The notes beneath the pieces were generated by a model. That model was not told the origin of the DNA. It saw only the letters and a program-made list of their open reading frames with translations, and made no database searches. This document shows positions 50,611-64,000 of a DNA stretch of 64,000 nt, piece by piece. Within the stretch, counting starts at the first letter, position 1; every line of letters begins with the position of its first letter. A program made the translations under genes and the position numbers. The DNA is from Phoronis australis (taxonomy: Eukaryota; Animalia; Phoronida), in contig NMRA01000020.1 in NCBI GenBank assembly GCA_002633005.1, positions 621,522 to 685,521 of the forward strand, in the 5' to 3' direction.

Positions 50611-53600
50611 TTAACGTAAGCCGGAATTTTCATCAATTATAAGTCTCTTAAGTCGCTGTCAGTTTAGAATAATGCTGTCTCAGCTACAAATTTTGCCTTC
50701 TGGTAATTAAATCAAAGTTGTTTTAAGCATAAAGGTGTGACAAATTGACTGAAAGTACATTCTTAAATCTTGTGATTGCTCCTGGTAAAGTGAGTCAAAT
50801 TGTATTTAAACCCTCCTTCATCATCTGTACTTTCAGAATGAGTGGTTTAGACAACGCCCTCTACAAACTTCTTTGCAAGAGTCCCAAACTGGTCATCACC
50901 TGAAGAAACCTTGAGGTATTGTTTCATTCATTTCCTTAATATCTCATGGAGTGACATTTCACATTTTATTCAACTCACAACTCACAATCCTAACCAAAGA
51001 TATCACTGTTTCATTTACAGTATTTAAAGATGCCTTGTTTAAAGCCTGTTCAATTTCTATTCAGGGATTCACCCAGGATTTCGAAAATAGGGTGTCCAAA
51101 TGGGATTCTCAATATTTCGGAGTGTCCGTGTTTCCGACAACACATTACTCCTACCACCGTGCAGTGCACCAGCAACCCCTACACTGATTTTTTACAAAAA
51201 TACATAGATCAAAGCGTTTTCATCTGCGTTTTCAAACTAACCCCCTGTAGCGAGCTTTTTTTTACTAAAAAACCTGCTTGGACCTAGACTTTTACACCTA
51301 AACTTATGAATACAGCCAAGCAGCTTACCAGACAAATATTAGAGATATTTTTGAAGGATGAGTGCACTTTGCAGATGATGGTGTCACTGCTGTTCCATAT
51401 TAAAACATGGAAATGCACATTGAAATGCACGAAACAGTGTTTCATTTGAGTTATTTATATTAGGTTTGTGTAAACCGTACTTTAGTGTGAAGTTTTTATT
51501 CTAATGGAACATTGCTTTGGAGGATGTCAAGTTGAGCAAAGACCATTTGTAATATAGCTAATTTGCATGTGACAATTTTCAACTCGGTTACAACTGTAGT
51601 ATAAATGCAAGCTAACTCCAGCTGCTGGTTGAAATTCTGTGCATCATGTTTGGCGTGGGGGCAATTATGATTTCTAAAAACCTTATTTTGAAAATTTGCC
51701 CTTTTACGATTCCATCTGTCGATTCAATGTCACTGTTTCAGATTCATATATACATGTCTGAGTTTTCAGTGTAGAGGCCTCAGAATAAATTTTAAACTGA
51801 ATGTCTTCTTACAAATGCCACTATTGTCATCTTGCAGGGATTCAGAGCTGATGTTCACCCTTGTCCTTATCTTCTTTGTCACCTGCATCCTCACAATCTG
51901 CATCAAAGGTTTGTGTCTGCTCTTGTAAAGACTCTATGCTCTATTGGAATTTAAAGTAGATATAGGCATGCCTTATGTCACGAAAACCAACTGTTTATTT
52001 AGACCATGTACCATTAGTATGATATTGATCTCGAATTGGGAGTTCTTTATGTTGACGTGTCACAGCATGCCATTTCATTCATCTGACATGGTCACAACCA
52101 TAATGAACTGACAATTCTTTGCAAGACCAAAACTTGTTTCTCATCGGAATGAGGAAAGAAGTTAAAATCAAAAGTTAAGTTGCACGGATAACAGGGTTTA
52201 TAGCAGCAGAAATTATTCTCTGAAAACGCAACTCTATTTTCTCTTAATGTATGTCCGAAAAGATTTCTGCCCTAGACAGGGACGGGCAGAAATCTTTTTG
52301 GATTGATATTCATTAGGCCACGTGATGTGACCAAAAACATGGCGTGCTGACGGGACAAGCTGTTTGCGACATTTTTCCATGTTTTATTGAAAATGATATA
52401 TTTATACATACTTTATACAATGTACTGTTGGCAATCCATTGTTATGGCTATTTTGGTATTTATACTTAAATTTCAGATAAACAATAAGCAAAACTCAAAT
52501 AAGGAATGTGTTTTATTGTGTTTTGTTTAGTTTGACTAAAACTGGACCTTATCAAGAACCTGCCAATAACCCATAGATAGTCTTTTTGAATATTCATGTC
52601 ACAGGCGTACTGTCAGGGCCGTAATAATGTTTTCACTTCACAATTGCCAAGTAAAGGTTTAGTCCAGTTATCGTTAATACCTAATAGCCTGGAAATAATT
52701 TGTTCACATTTTCTCATTAAGTAACAATTATGAGCATATTTTCAGATAATTTATTTATTTGTTATATTGAGTTTTGGGTATTTGTCTGAAACATTTATGT
52801 TGAGTGCAAGACCAAATCTCTGTAGCCAGAGCCTTGGAAGGAAAATGGTAAAAGGTTATTACAAGTGTCATGTCAGCAGTGTTTTCTTTCACAGAGTCAC
52901 ATGTGTGCATAATGAGGGTGCTTAACTGGATTTTCAAAACTGTCTTTATAAGAAATACTCACAGGCATAAGCAAAATGCAGGTGACAGGTTGCTTCTTAT
53001 AGATCTTTTCAGTGTAGTGGACACTCCTCAGCATCTGCCACANNNNNNNNNNNNNNNNNNNNNNNNNNNNNNNNNNNNNNNNNNNNNNNNNNNNNNNNNN
53101 NNNNNNNNNNNNNNNNNNNNNNNNNNNNNNNNNNNNNNNNNNNNNNNNNNNNNNNNNNNNNNNNNNNNNNNNNNNNNNNNNNNNNNNNNNNNNNNNNNNN
53201 NNNNNNNNNNNNNNNNNNNNNNNNNNNNNNNNNNNNNNNNNNNNNNNNNNNNNNNNNNNNNNNNNNNNNNNNNNNNNNNNNNNNNNNNNNNNNNNNNNNN
53301 NNNNNNNNNNNNNNNNNNNNNNNNNNNNNNNNNNNNNNNNNNNNNNNNNNNNNNNNNNNNNNNNNNNNNNNNNNNNNNNNNNNNNNNNNNNNNNNNNNNN
53401 NNNNNNNNNNNNNNNNNNNNNNNNNNNNNNNNNNNNNNNNNNNNNNNNNNNNNNNNNNNNNNNNNNNNNNNNNNNNNNNNNNNNNNNNNNNNNNNNNNNN
53501 NNNNNNNNNNNNNNNNNNNNNNNNNNNNNNNNNNNNNNNNNNNNNNNNNNNNNNNNNNNNNNNNNNNNNNNNNNNNNNNNNNNNNNNNNNNNNNNNNNNN

Positions 53601-54262
53601 NNNNNNNNNNNNNNNNNNNNNNNNNNNNNNNNNNNNNNNNNNNNNNNNNNNNNNNNNNNNNNNNNNNNNNNNNNNNNNNNNNNNNNNNNNNNNNNNNNNN
53701 NNNNNNNNNNNNNNNNNNNNNNNNNNNNNNNNNNNNNNNNNNNNNNNNNNNNNNNNNNNNNNNNNNNNNCCTTTTGCCTTTGAGGAGGTCCCATACATAG
53801 TATATTGTTCTGTAATGATGTGACCACTCCCAGTGTCCTGCAATTTGAGAACCAGATTTCTTCACTGAATAACAGGCATCAAATTTGTTGCATCCCATTC
53901 CCAACCATGGTTTTGTATGATCTCACTATTCTCGCAACAAGCTTCAGCCTACCGGCACTTCCCAAGTTTGCTTGCATGCAATCCGAGGATTCATCGCTGA
54001 TTCAGTGGGTTGTGTTCAAGTGGACTAGCTAGCTGACTAGTCAGTGGTGGATTTAGAGGGGGGCTATGGCCTCCCTAAAATTCTCACAGCTCCCATTTGG
54101 CAGTTCGGGGCTGCAAATGTTTGGTGAACTAAATCCTGGCCAATACTCTGCCCTGTTCCCCCAACTCAAAATCCTGGATCCGCCCCAGGGGCGGATCCAG
54201 TATTTTGAGTTAGGGGAGCCAGGGCACAGGAATAACCAGAATTTTGCGACATTCGCGAGCCC

Positions 54263-54370
54263 AGTTTGGTAGTTCACATATGTGATGTAGGAGGTTGCTG
54301 CACACTATGCTCTCTAGTGTTCACCCAATAAATGGGTGGACTATGGCTACCAGAGTCTCTTGTATTTTAT
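54263..54370 (+). mobile_element. Partial second copy of the 46749 LTR
   Basis: Aligns to ~46779-46889 with about 9 substitutions and one 4-bp indel. Confidence 0.85.
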
Positions 54371-57300
54371 AGTTGTTCTTTCTGCAAAAATTTCTCGAAG
54401 ATTCGCGAACAGTTGGCAAAAACCGGATATTCCAAAATGGCCACCTAATTCCTATTGCGAATGAACTCTGTCAAACATGTCAAAATATGTTAATTTGACA
54501 GGAATTTTGCGTGGAATTTCTATGTAAGGAATGTGACAAAGAACTACAAAGCCACGTAAATGTCGCAGCTAGAGGTCACGGGCCTGCAGCCATGCCCATT
54601 CCCACGTTATTCTATATACAACTTGGAAATGTCTACATTTAAATGAAGATTTACAAATAAATTGCATCTTTGGTACAGCCTCGTTAACTTAAGTGCAAGA
54701 GTACACTTTCCATGAACAATATGCAAGTTCAACGTAGTCACCGGTATGCTCGAATTCTCGGTTTACTTTCCGGATATCCCTTGGGTTTTGTAGTTTTGGA
54801 AATGAAATTTGAATTATAGCCTGCTCCTCCTTTAAATAATCCCGATGTATTTGCTGTCTTATTTCCGCAATGCCCATTGACACTTTTTAACTATTTTCCT
54901 TGGAATTCACCGACACTTGCATTTGTTTTATACAAAAATGGCTAAGGTACATTTCTGATAGTAAGAAGTCATTACCGAATTCACTTGCCAGAGTTGCACT
55001 TTGTAAATTGTAAACACGACTTATCACCCAATCCCATACATGCTCTACAGCTATAGGTTTCTCGTGTTTCTGTGCAGTGAACAGAATGTCTTATTTGGTC
55101 GAAATTTCGGGCCACATATATAAACACGTACATTTTTGACATTCTCATAGGCAATTTATCTCATCTGCTCGTCCGCCATACAGTATGTAGCCAATGTTAT
55201 TTGAAAGTTCACGAATCCAATTGGAATTGACGGGTTCTCTTACTGCAACTCAGTATTTGGGGGTTGGGCATTAATCAATCAATCTCTTTCGTTTATATAA
55301 TGCATTTGACGTCACGAAAGAATGACGAAAGGTTGGTACCAACTGGAATGGGAAAACACTCCAGGTCCTCTCAAGTACGATAACATTTAACCAGAGCAGG
55401 GAGTGTGCCAGTAACCACACTTACACTGAGGATTTCCCTGCTCAGAAGCATGGAGAAGCCAGTGACAGACCAAGAGAGGTAAGGGATGCTCAGTGCAGAA
55501 TTAGCAGTGCTGGTTGTAGCATAACGTGTCAAAAAGCTTTATTGGGATAATTTTCTCGCTTTATTTTGTGTGCAGGGCGGAGTATTTTGCCCGTCAAGTC
55601 GACATTCGCATCCACGAACCGCAAAGTAGAATCTGGGAGGACTTTTTAGGGGCATGGCCCCCTTGCCCTCCTAAGTCCGCCACTGATCTAAAACTTTTAA
55701 ATAAAATTTTGATGGCAATGATATAATAGAACCAAACAACACATGTCACGATCACCCAACACTATTTCTGATCACTGCTTGGAGGGTTGGTAAGCTCAAA
55801 ATTCCGGTTTAACAAAATTTTATTTTGTTTTAAACATCTTTACAACATGGTCATAAATGCTTGAATTGGTTTACCAAGACTTTTGGATATTTTGAGTATT
55901 TGTTCTTCAATTTGTGTACTTGTAATCAGGAAATAAACTCAAAAATAAAAAGTATATTACGTCATCAGTTGAAGTCTGGTCTCCGCCATTGTGTTGTTGT
56001 ACATCAGCCGTAAGTCGAAGTGGTCTCGAAAGTAATTGAATTTTGCCTTACGGTAATGAGGCGACTAAGTAGGTCATTTCAGGGCCCCGAATCTAATCTT
56101 TGTACTCGAAACAGAATCAAAATTAGTCTTGGCAATTTCTCTGCTACTTTTGTGCAAACCCAAGATAAGTGCATGGTTGTTAGAGTGTTCTCGAATACAT
56201 TATAGTTTATGCATATGAGTTTCTCGAGCAAAAACCCAAAATGGGGCTATTCGGAAAATCTACAATAACCAGAGGGCGTGCGTGTACTACTGGTGATAGA
56301 TTAACAGCCTCGATTTCGCGAGCCCTTTAAATACATGGTGAAATGGCTTGCAGCCGTGCCAGCTGAATCTGAGATTGCGTAAAAAGGGTGCTTCTATGAG
56401 AGGAAGTAAGCACGACCTCATACAAAGGTAAGGTTTGTGATTATTTTAACGATTATTCCATGATTATTCTACCGATGCCTGTTAACTGAGGCACTCGCCG
56501 ATGTCGACTTCGCGGCAGTCAGTCGCCAGCCAGAGTCTGGTTAATCTTTGTATATTGTGATATGTGATACGATACTTGACGAAGCAATCTTGATCTTTTC
56601 GTACATCAAAGCATTATTATTGTTTGGAATGATTTCTAAAAGTTTATCAGTGACAGTTACATCAATCAATGCTGAATGTTTATGCTGTCGACTCGATACA
56701 GGTTAATGAGTTAAGATTACAATCCAATCCCAATGGCAAAGGGTACGTGAGTGANNNNNNNNNNNNNNNNNNNNNNNNNNNNNNNNNNNNNNNNNNNNNN
56801 NNNNNNNNNNNNNNNNNNNNNNNNNNNNNNNNNNNNNNNNNNNNNNNNNNNNNNNNNNNNNNNNNNNNNNNNNNNNNNNNNNNNNNNNNNNNNNNNNNNN
56901 NNNNNNNNNNNNNNNNNNNNNNNNNNNNNNNNNNNNNNNNNNNNNNNNNNNNNNNNNNNNNNNNNNNNNNNNNNNNNNNNNNNNNNNNNNNNNNNNNNNN
57001 NNNNNNNNNNNNNNNNNNNNNNNNNNNNNNNNNNNNNNNNNNNNNNNNNNNNNNNNNNNNNNNNNNNNNNNNNNNNNNNNNNNNNNNNNNNNNNNNNNNN
57101 NNNNNNNNNNNNNNNNNNNNNNNNNNNNNNNNNNNNNNNNNNNNNNNNNNNNNNNNNNNNNNNNNNNNNNNNNNNNNNNNNNNNNNNNNNNNNNNNNNNN
57201 NNNNNNNNNNNNNNNNNNNNNNNNNNNNNNNNNNNNNNNNNNNNNNNNNNNNNNNNNNNNNNNNNNNNNNNNNNNNNNNNNNTAATTATTTACTTTTATG

Positions 57301-60300
57301 TGAAACTGTAGACCAATCACCATATATTTTTGAAAAACAGGGATAACATTTTTGATCCAATCTGGAGTACTTAATTATTCATATTTCAATATTTGTTCCA
57401 GGTTCAGTGACATTTTAAGGCCACTTCAAGCTGCATCATAGACAAGCTTTGTTACTGCGTTCTCTTCCCACAGCACTTCCACACAACAGCAGTGCTGCAT
57501 GGCACAATGTGCAAGTCAGTGGCTCTGGAGAAATGTGAATCGCAGAACTAAGTTACCATAAGACAATGTGCCAGTGGAGTGTCTGTGTATCCAGACGAAC
57601 TATATCTGACTGCTGCACAAATAAGCCTTGTTGGTGAAGGATGCCCTTTCATATTAGGCAATGAGTCATGTGCGGACAATAGCTTATTTCCTTTCCTGGA
57701 AGAAACATGAGGAACTGAAGCTAAAGAAGACCTAGTCACACTCTGGTCTAGTTCAGAGTCTGATTTTGGGCTCAAAAGTATTCAAGTGATATGCTGCTGT
57801 GTTTACCTTCAAGGGTCTGATTGTGGATGTTATTGAGGCTGAATGAGGTTACATGAAAGAAAGCCACGTGTTGAAACTGAACCTTTTTTACAAGCGCTTC
57901 TATAGGCCATTGAAACTAGAACCCAGTGAAATGAAAGCCAAAAGCTGAGTGACATTAAATTTTCCTTTCAGAAGAAAGGCTTTATACTATTGGTAAAAAC
58001 TTTTCAATTTGGTACAGATTATGGGGAAATGACATTCAGTTTCTTATTGTATGTTTTCAATTGCAGCTAGCTGGATAAGAATCTGCTATGCACAAGATTC
58101 GAGAATAAACAATTATCAGTGTATTTAAAAACAAATGGCTAACTGAAAAAGCACAGAAAGAAACAACGTTGCGAGGGAGTCCATAATCAGGCATATCAGG
58201 TGCTGAATTTCTGAATTATGTTCAATTCTCTCAGGTTATTGCTGAAGGATTGCTTTTCACTTTGTCCAATGGTGAAATAGATGGTCAGGTGGTTGGTTTC
58301 AGTTGTTTTTTCTTGCCTGTAACAGAATAGAAATATTAGCAAATTGTGAAAGAAAAGACAAGACAAAACTACTTTTGTAAAGCTGAACATACTTGACATT
58401 TCATCTTCATGTTTATGTGTAGAAACTAATAACCTTTGTACCCAATGTTATTTAATATCTGAATTAAAATATGTGAAACAGGCTAAAAGTGATTTAACAA
58501 TGTGTATTTTTCATGGCGCTTAAAATGTGCTTCTGATCTCAACAAGTAAAATTCATTCTAGGTGTCAATTTTTTTCCAATGCAATGTTACGACATTTATT
58601 GAATTAAGGCTTATTCATGTTAATTCGATAACTGAGCTGGTGGTCCTTGGGGTGGGGTCCACAATAAAATAAGGAAACTCACTCATCTAGAGAATTTTAT
58701 TGGAAACAGCATAGTTTTGAAGAGAAACTGTTGTGAAAAAGTCACTCTTGACTTCTGTGCATCACGTACCATACACCTCTTATTTTGGGAGCACTCCCAC
58801 CCAGCCTGAGGACGATATGAATATGTGCTGCTAGCCTACCCGGCATCGGGTGAGATTCCAAAAAACACTTAGTAAGTTCCACTCAATAAAACTGTTATTC
58901 AGTGGCGTAACTGGTGGGGATAACATCACCGAACGATGTTGATAGAAACTGATTGCTAAAAACTTACCAAGTAATGTTGTGTAGTCTCCGAATGGAACTG
59001 CATAGTCATAGAGCACACACGGGGCTTCAGCATCCACACACTTTTTGTCAGTTAGTTGACCCTGTTGACCGCAATTGTCCACGAATATAGTAACCTTAGG
59101 TCTTTTGGGAATTTGTGGCCACCTGTCGAAGACTTGCACCAGGGAAATTAGCAGTAATCAGCCTTAGCGCGACGACGTATTTTGATAAAAATTCCATCTT
59201 TTACCAGTTGTTTACATGCAGACAGCCACGCATGCGCAATTCAATCACCCCTAGTACAGCAGCGACACCGCGAGGAGAATTCTCCGAATAGCCCCATTAT
59301 AACAACTCAATATTTGAGAGCGCTGTGACTCTTTTCACTTTCCCGTGTGAAATTATTAGAGAAGCGCAGATATGGCAAATTTACACAAGAAACTTGCTTG
59401 TTGGTGGACATGACACACTGGTGCTGGGTACGTTCATACGTCATGCCCGTGGACATGAAAACTCGTTTTTCTTCTGACTTATCGTCTTTGAGATATTGAA
59501 TTAACGATTGTGATACACATGTATCCGTTGCAATAAAGGAAGGTTTAGAGATGCTGACAATGTAGTCACTTTTCGAAACAAGATAAACGGTGGCTTTGAA
59601 CACCTTAAGGCTACATCGATTAGGCCACCATATCTTAAAAAAAAGACTATGAGTCATTTAAATAATAATATCTTCATTTGATTGGATTCCCTTGCAAATT
59701 CGCTTGAGATTGCATCAGCTTCCACGCCCAATGTGCTACGTTTGCTATCCAACCAAGAATGCGGTGTCTCGTGAGTAACGAAAGGGTGTCACTGCCAGCA
59801 TCGACTTGGGAACTTGCAATGATGAAACATTGGCTGCCTTTGCTTATATTCGTGTGTCCTGATCCCGTCTCGTTAGACTAGTTCCCGTTCAAGTCCAGGT
59901 CACAACTTTATTCAGACGTTAACTGACGCTGTTTTCCATAGCAGGAAAAAAACGAGAAACAAATGGTAGATAGTCTTGCAAAACGTCGTACATGCTGTAG
60001 GCCTTACTAAATCTTGGCGAATTTTACGCTACTGAGCGTTCGTCATGTCTACGACGAGAAAAAGTAATTATCAATCAAACGTTGATTTGTTGCCATCGCT
60101 ATTTTTATGACGTCAAAAGTACGCTAGCTTGAGAAGGATAAACCATGAGAGGGATTAATAGAGACGCTGCTCATAGGCTCATTTAATCCTAACTCTCAAA
60201 GACAGCAGTCACATTCAATTTTAGGGCTATCGCAAAACATAGTGTGAAAAGCTGCTTGGAGGATTTACAAAACAAGCCTGTTCTTGTGACGATACAGACG

Positions 60301-60689
60301 TAACGAAATAAATCCATGGGGCCTGTTTCCGTAAAAATGTCTCATTCTTAGTTTTGCTCAAATTTCAACAAGTTAACTGACAACGGCCGGCCAGGAAACG
60401 ACCATATCAATAAGATATTGTACATGACCACTAGTGTTGGCTCATGACGTAGCGAACGATTTTGAACTCTTTTAAGGGTTAAAATTCTTTGGATGTCGAT
60501 TTCTACATTGTATAGGTAACTGTGATTAACAGTTGAAATTGACTGCTTTCTCTTGGTCACAAACAATTCGCCACACGATGTTGATCTGTTTGTCTTCATG
60601 ATGGAATATTACAACAACAGTTTCACATCTCTAGCTCCTCGCTTCCGTCGTAATTGGTGTATTGTCTATATGTATCAATGTATATATCT

Positions 60690-62630
60690 AATATATGAAA
60701 TGATTTAAGGTGTTTGGGGCAATAGAGTCGGCTGAGCGGCCCGTGCGTCCCCAGGGCATCGTGCATCGGACAACCTGCATTATTTTTGTCTGATGACAAG
60801 TTGTCTGTACTTGCGGTTCGGGCATGCCCGAGCACAAAAGACTTCTCTCACATAGTACGCTGTTCCCCTCTCGGGACTTTTTGTGTCTCACAGACAGCTA
60901 CAAACCCTTGAAAAATGAAACAAGTCAGCGACATAAATAATGTACCCATGCAAGACTGTTGCGCGGTGACAAAGACATCATCAGTCTTGTTGAATTTCTC
61001 CACAACAGAAACCCATTTAAAAAGGAAACATTACAGAACATCGCCACTGGTGTGACTGTAGGCACATGCGTCGATGCCGAAAATACCAGAAAAGTGGGAA
61101 AGGTAATTCTCTTGTCTATGGAGGGGTCGAGTGTGAAGGACTTCAGATTCAGAAAGAAAGACGAGATTGTGACAATTACTAGTGCTATTTCTGCGATTAT
61201 TTACAGCTGCTGAAAGCAACAGTGAAAGTATTTCAAACCTCTTGAAGTTTAAGCTCTGTGTTGGTTCCCTCGCTCTTTTTGATACATCTGGTCTTCCCAG
61301 AGTCGATATTTGCTGATGCATTGTGGTCCAGTAGGGGACTACCTGAGAATTATCAATTTCCAAAAACACAAGGATGCATGTACATGCAATCGACGGCGGT
61401 TCTCTCCTTCATCGTATTCCATAGCCTAGAGGTGCAACGTTTTAGTCAGTTGGCAGAGCTAATGTGAATTACGTCGACAAATACACCCAGCCTATAGTTG
61501 TTTTTGATGGTTATGGAGATGGTGCATTAACTAAAGATATCTCCCATATTCGAAGACTGGGTGGCGTGGTTGGAACTGACGTTCACTTCAATGGTGACAT
61601 GGTGATCAAGTCAAAGAAGGAGCATTTTTGGCAAACAGCAAAAACAAGCAAGGGTTCATTCACTTCTTGTCAGTTTTGCTACGAAATGCTGGTTTCACAG
61701 TGATACAAACTCAAAGTGACGCAGACGTCTTACTTGTAGAAACTGCAGTAGAGAACACATCACAAGGTCATACTACCCTCATTTCAGACGATACAGGCGT
61801 GTTGATTCTTTTGTGTTACCATACTTTTTCACAACAATTTAAATTTTGTTCATGAAATCCGAGAAGAGGTACCAAAGCCAGAAGAGAGTCTGGGACATCA
61901 ATAAACTACAGTTGTCTCTTGGTGCCGAAACTTGCTTGCTTTTGTCATTTGCGCACGCAATTGCTAACTGCGACACAACATCAAGACTGTGTGGTATTGG
62001 CAAGGTTCTCCTATTCAAGATTATCAGTAAATTAATGGCAGAGAATTATTTTCAATACAGCACATATTTTCAGGAGCAGAGTGACACCTCAGTCTACGCG
62101 AACTTGATGTTCACCACCCAAATAAGCAATTGCTCGTTGAACCTTCTTGGAAATGGTAGTCATAATCATAAGAGCCCGACAAAAATTATTTAAGTGCAAA
62201 CGTTGACATAAAAATTAATGATATTAAATCTGTGAAGATGGCGTGTCTCTTCCATTTGAAGTTCTTACATGGTGGCCATGTTAAAAATGGCGGAAGTAAT
62301 CACTGCAGCCAAACGCAAATAGTGTCAAAGGCCACACTCATCTGTTCGTTTTGAAGTTGAGCGTCTCGAAGTGGTTTTGGCGGCTGTCTTGGGAAATGGC
62401 CGAAGTTGTCACCACAGCCATGCAAAATCATTTCCAATGGATTTGTTGACCCACAAAAGATTGTCAAACCGTTAAATTGAATTTTACTCTATCACATTCC
62501 ACTCTCAAGTTACAGTGTACATGTATATATGTAGGTCGTCTGCAAATTTGGCAGCCATTTTGTCCGCTTTCTTGAAAAACCTACTTCTACCACTCCGATT
62601 CCGTTAGACTTTTTTCTCACACTAAGGGGT
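60690..62630 (+). mobile_element. Degenerate XPG/PIN-nuclease DNA transposon (Academ-like), 3' part
   Basis: Frameshifted peptides VVFDGY...TKD, ANSKNKQGFI, SDADVLLV, DDTGVLILL and FAHAIANCDTTS..GIGK fit PIN/XPG acidic residues plus H3TH. Terminal repeat shared with 41615. Confidence 0.7.
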
Positions 62631-63357
62631 GTGAGAGTATACGATTTATGCAATGAAATTTTCTGTTGCAAATTTTTTCCGGGTCATAGTAGAATGTCTG
62701 CCCTTTTTCGATTCGATTTTAAGGGGGAGGGTGGCCTTGGAAAACGCATCATTTCGTACTGCAGAAAGTTACGCGACCAACTGCATAGCAATTTAAACCA
62801 ACACATCACATCCACAGTTCTGTTTATATCTGCACTTTCGCAATAGGCTAAAATTTGCTCTACATTGAATATTAATGCGTGTTATTCAAGACAAAATCAG
62901 GCGAAATTATAACAGCTTTAGTAGCCCCGATGGCCCGAGCTCAGCAATCGTAGTGCGACAATGAGTTTTTCATAGACCAATGCCGCAGGGCACGCTCATA
63001 AAATTAACGCTGAGATGGCATCGACATTTTTGCAGTGAAGTTTTATAAACTGAATATCATTCACAGTATGTAGTGAAAGAGACAGTTTTGTATAATTTTG
63101 CGATATTCAAATAAATCATTGACAAAAACGAGGTAGGGAGGGAGTAAAGTTGGTCAGTAAACAAATTATGTCCACGAGAAGCGAAAGCAAAACGTGTCGG
63201 TGAAACATTATGTCAGCGAAGGGGAAATTCATTATGCGACAGGTTGGCCTTGATTTGCTACCTCTTCGTCCTTACACTGAAAAGGGGTGAAAATTGTCTG
63301 AGGTGTCAGTTGATTAACTGTATCACTGACAGACACGACCCTCAAAATTCATGGTCA

Positions 63358-64000
63358 TGTAAAATCTCCCAGACATTCTAAGTTAAATGTATATGTTCAT
63401 GTCGACAAGAGCTGCAGAAATTTCAGCTAGATATCAAACTTGAAAGTTAGCGCCATCTGCAGAGCTTTTTGGAACTTACCACGCCACTATTGGTTTCCCG
63501 TTTATTACTTTACGCGAGTTATTCGTTTGACTATTTTTGTTAGTCCTTCCGGTTTCGCCATTTGCAATAAATAAACACAAGTATTTTGAGTTCACACATT
63601 TACTCTCATTTTACTGGCGTGGCGGCAGCGTGTTCTTAACGAACCATGGCTAAGGCACCCAAGCAGTGGTGTCTGACGAAATCTGAAACTATCAACTCCT
63701 TCGACAATTGGAGACATAATATAACCTATGTTTTATCGCTGGACGCTAACTTTGCTGACTTTTTGCAAGGCGATTTTACTTGGGACAAGGCAAAGGTCCC
63801 TCTACGAGGGTTGTTCAATGACCCGGACACTGTTCCTGAGGCGCGGCGCCGAACCGCCGCCCAAAAACTAACTCATCTGAACTTAATGTTGGGACAAATC
63901 GCGAATTTTTGTCCAGTTATTTCACGTAACACCATCATTAAGCAGTCAACATCACTTGCCTCTATCTGGCAAACCATACGTGCTCACTATGGGTTCCAAA
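63358..64000 (+). mobile_element. 5' end of a Gypsy-type LTR retrotransposon (LTR, PBS, gag-pol start)
   Basis: AATAAATAAA-containing LTR-like segment (boundaries approximate), PBS-like TGGCGGCAGCG at 63620-63630 (tRNA-Leu-like), ORF starting 16 nt later. Confidence 0.7.
63646..64000 (+). CDS. N-terminus of retrotransposon gag/polyprotein ([22 protein letters not shown]...[20 protein letters not shown]...IRAHYGFQ), runs off the window
   Basis: ACCATGG start and 118 open codons to the window edge; resembles, from memory, N-termini of marine-invertebrate Gypsy polyproteins. Confidence 0.75.
   Translation, partial: MAKAPKQWCLTKSETINSFDNWRHNITYVLSLDANFADFLQGDFTWDKAKVPLRGLFNDPDTVPEARRRTAAQKLTHLNLMLGQIANFCPVISRNTIIKQSTSLASIWQTIRAHYGFQ

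Noticed and set aside
15710-57346. Long poly-X ORFs at 15.7k, 35.5k, 38.4k, 52.9k and 56.7k
   Set aside because: Artefacts of translating N runs.

Overview
AT-rich animal (invertebrate-type) genomic DNA with spliceosomal introns and five N-gaps. (1) About 3.0-32.0 kb (+): most of a polypeptide N-acetylgalactosaminyltransferase of the GALNT1/GALNT13 (fly pgant5) type. The first exon (TM anchor) lies upstream of the window, and 12 exon slots splice in consistent phase to a stop at 28750. Two slots are tandem-duplicated, apparently mutually exclusive exon pairs: one encodes the catalytic GHVFR/flexible loop (16953-17133 vs 17573-17753), the other the lectin beta-subdomain (22308-22442 vs 23018-23143). 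Both pairs are flanked by 11-13 nt complementary intronic elements with docking/selector geometry and by TGCATG motifs. This is the most notable system in the window. (2) 43.6-46.1 kb (+): an intact, essentially intronless PDE10-like (GAF-GAF-PDEase) ORF, probably a retrocopy. (3) Most of 32-64 kb is nested transposon debris: Gypsy pol remnants, LTR copies, two XPG-nuclease (Academ-like) DNA transposon remnants, MITEs, and the 5' end of an open Gypsy ORF at the right edge. Exon numbers E1-E13 are local to this window. All identifications come from reading motifs by eye; no database search was run.
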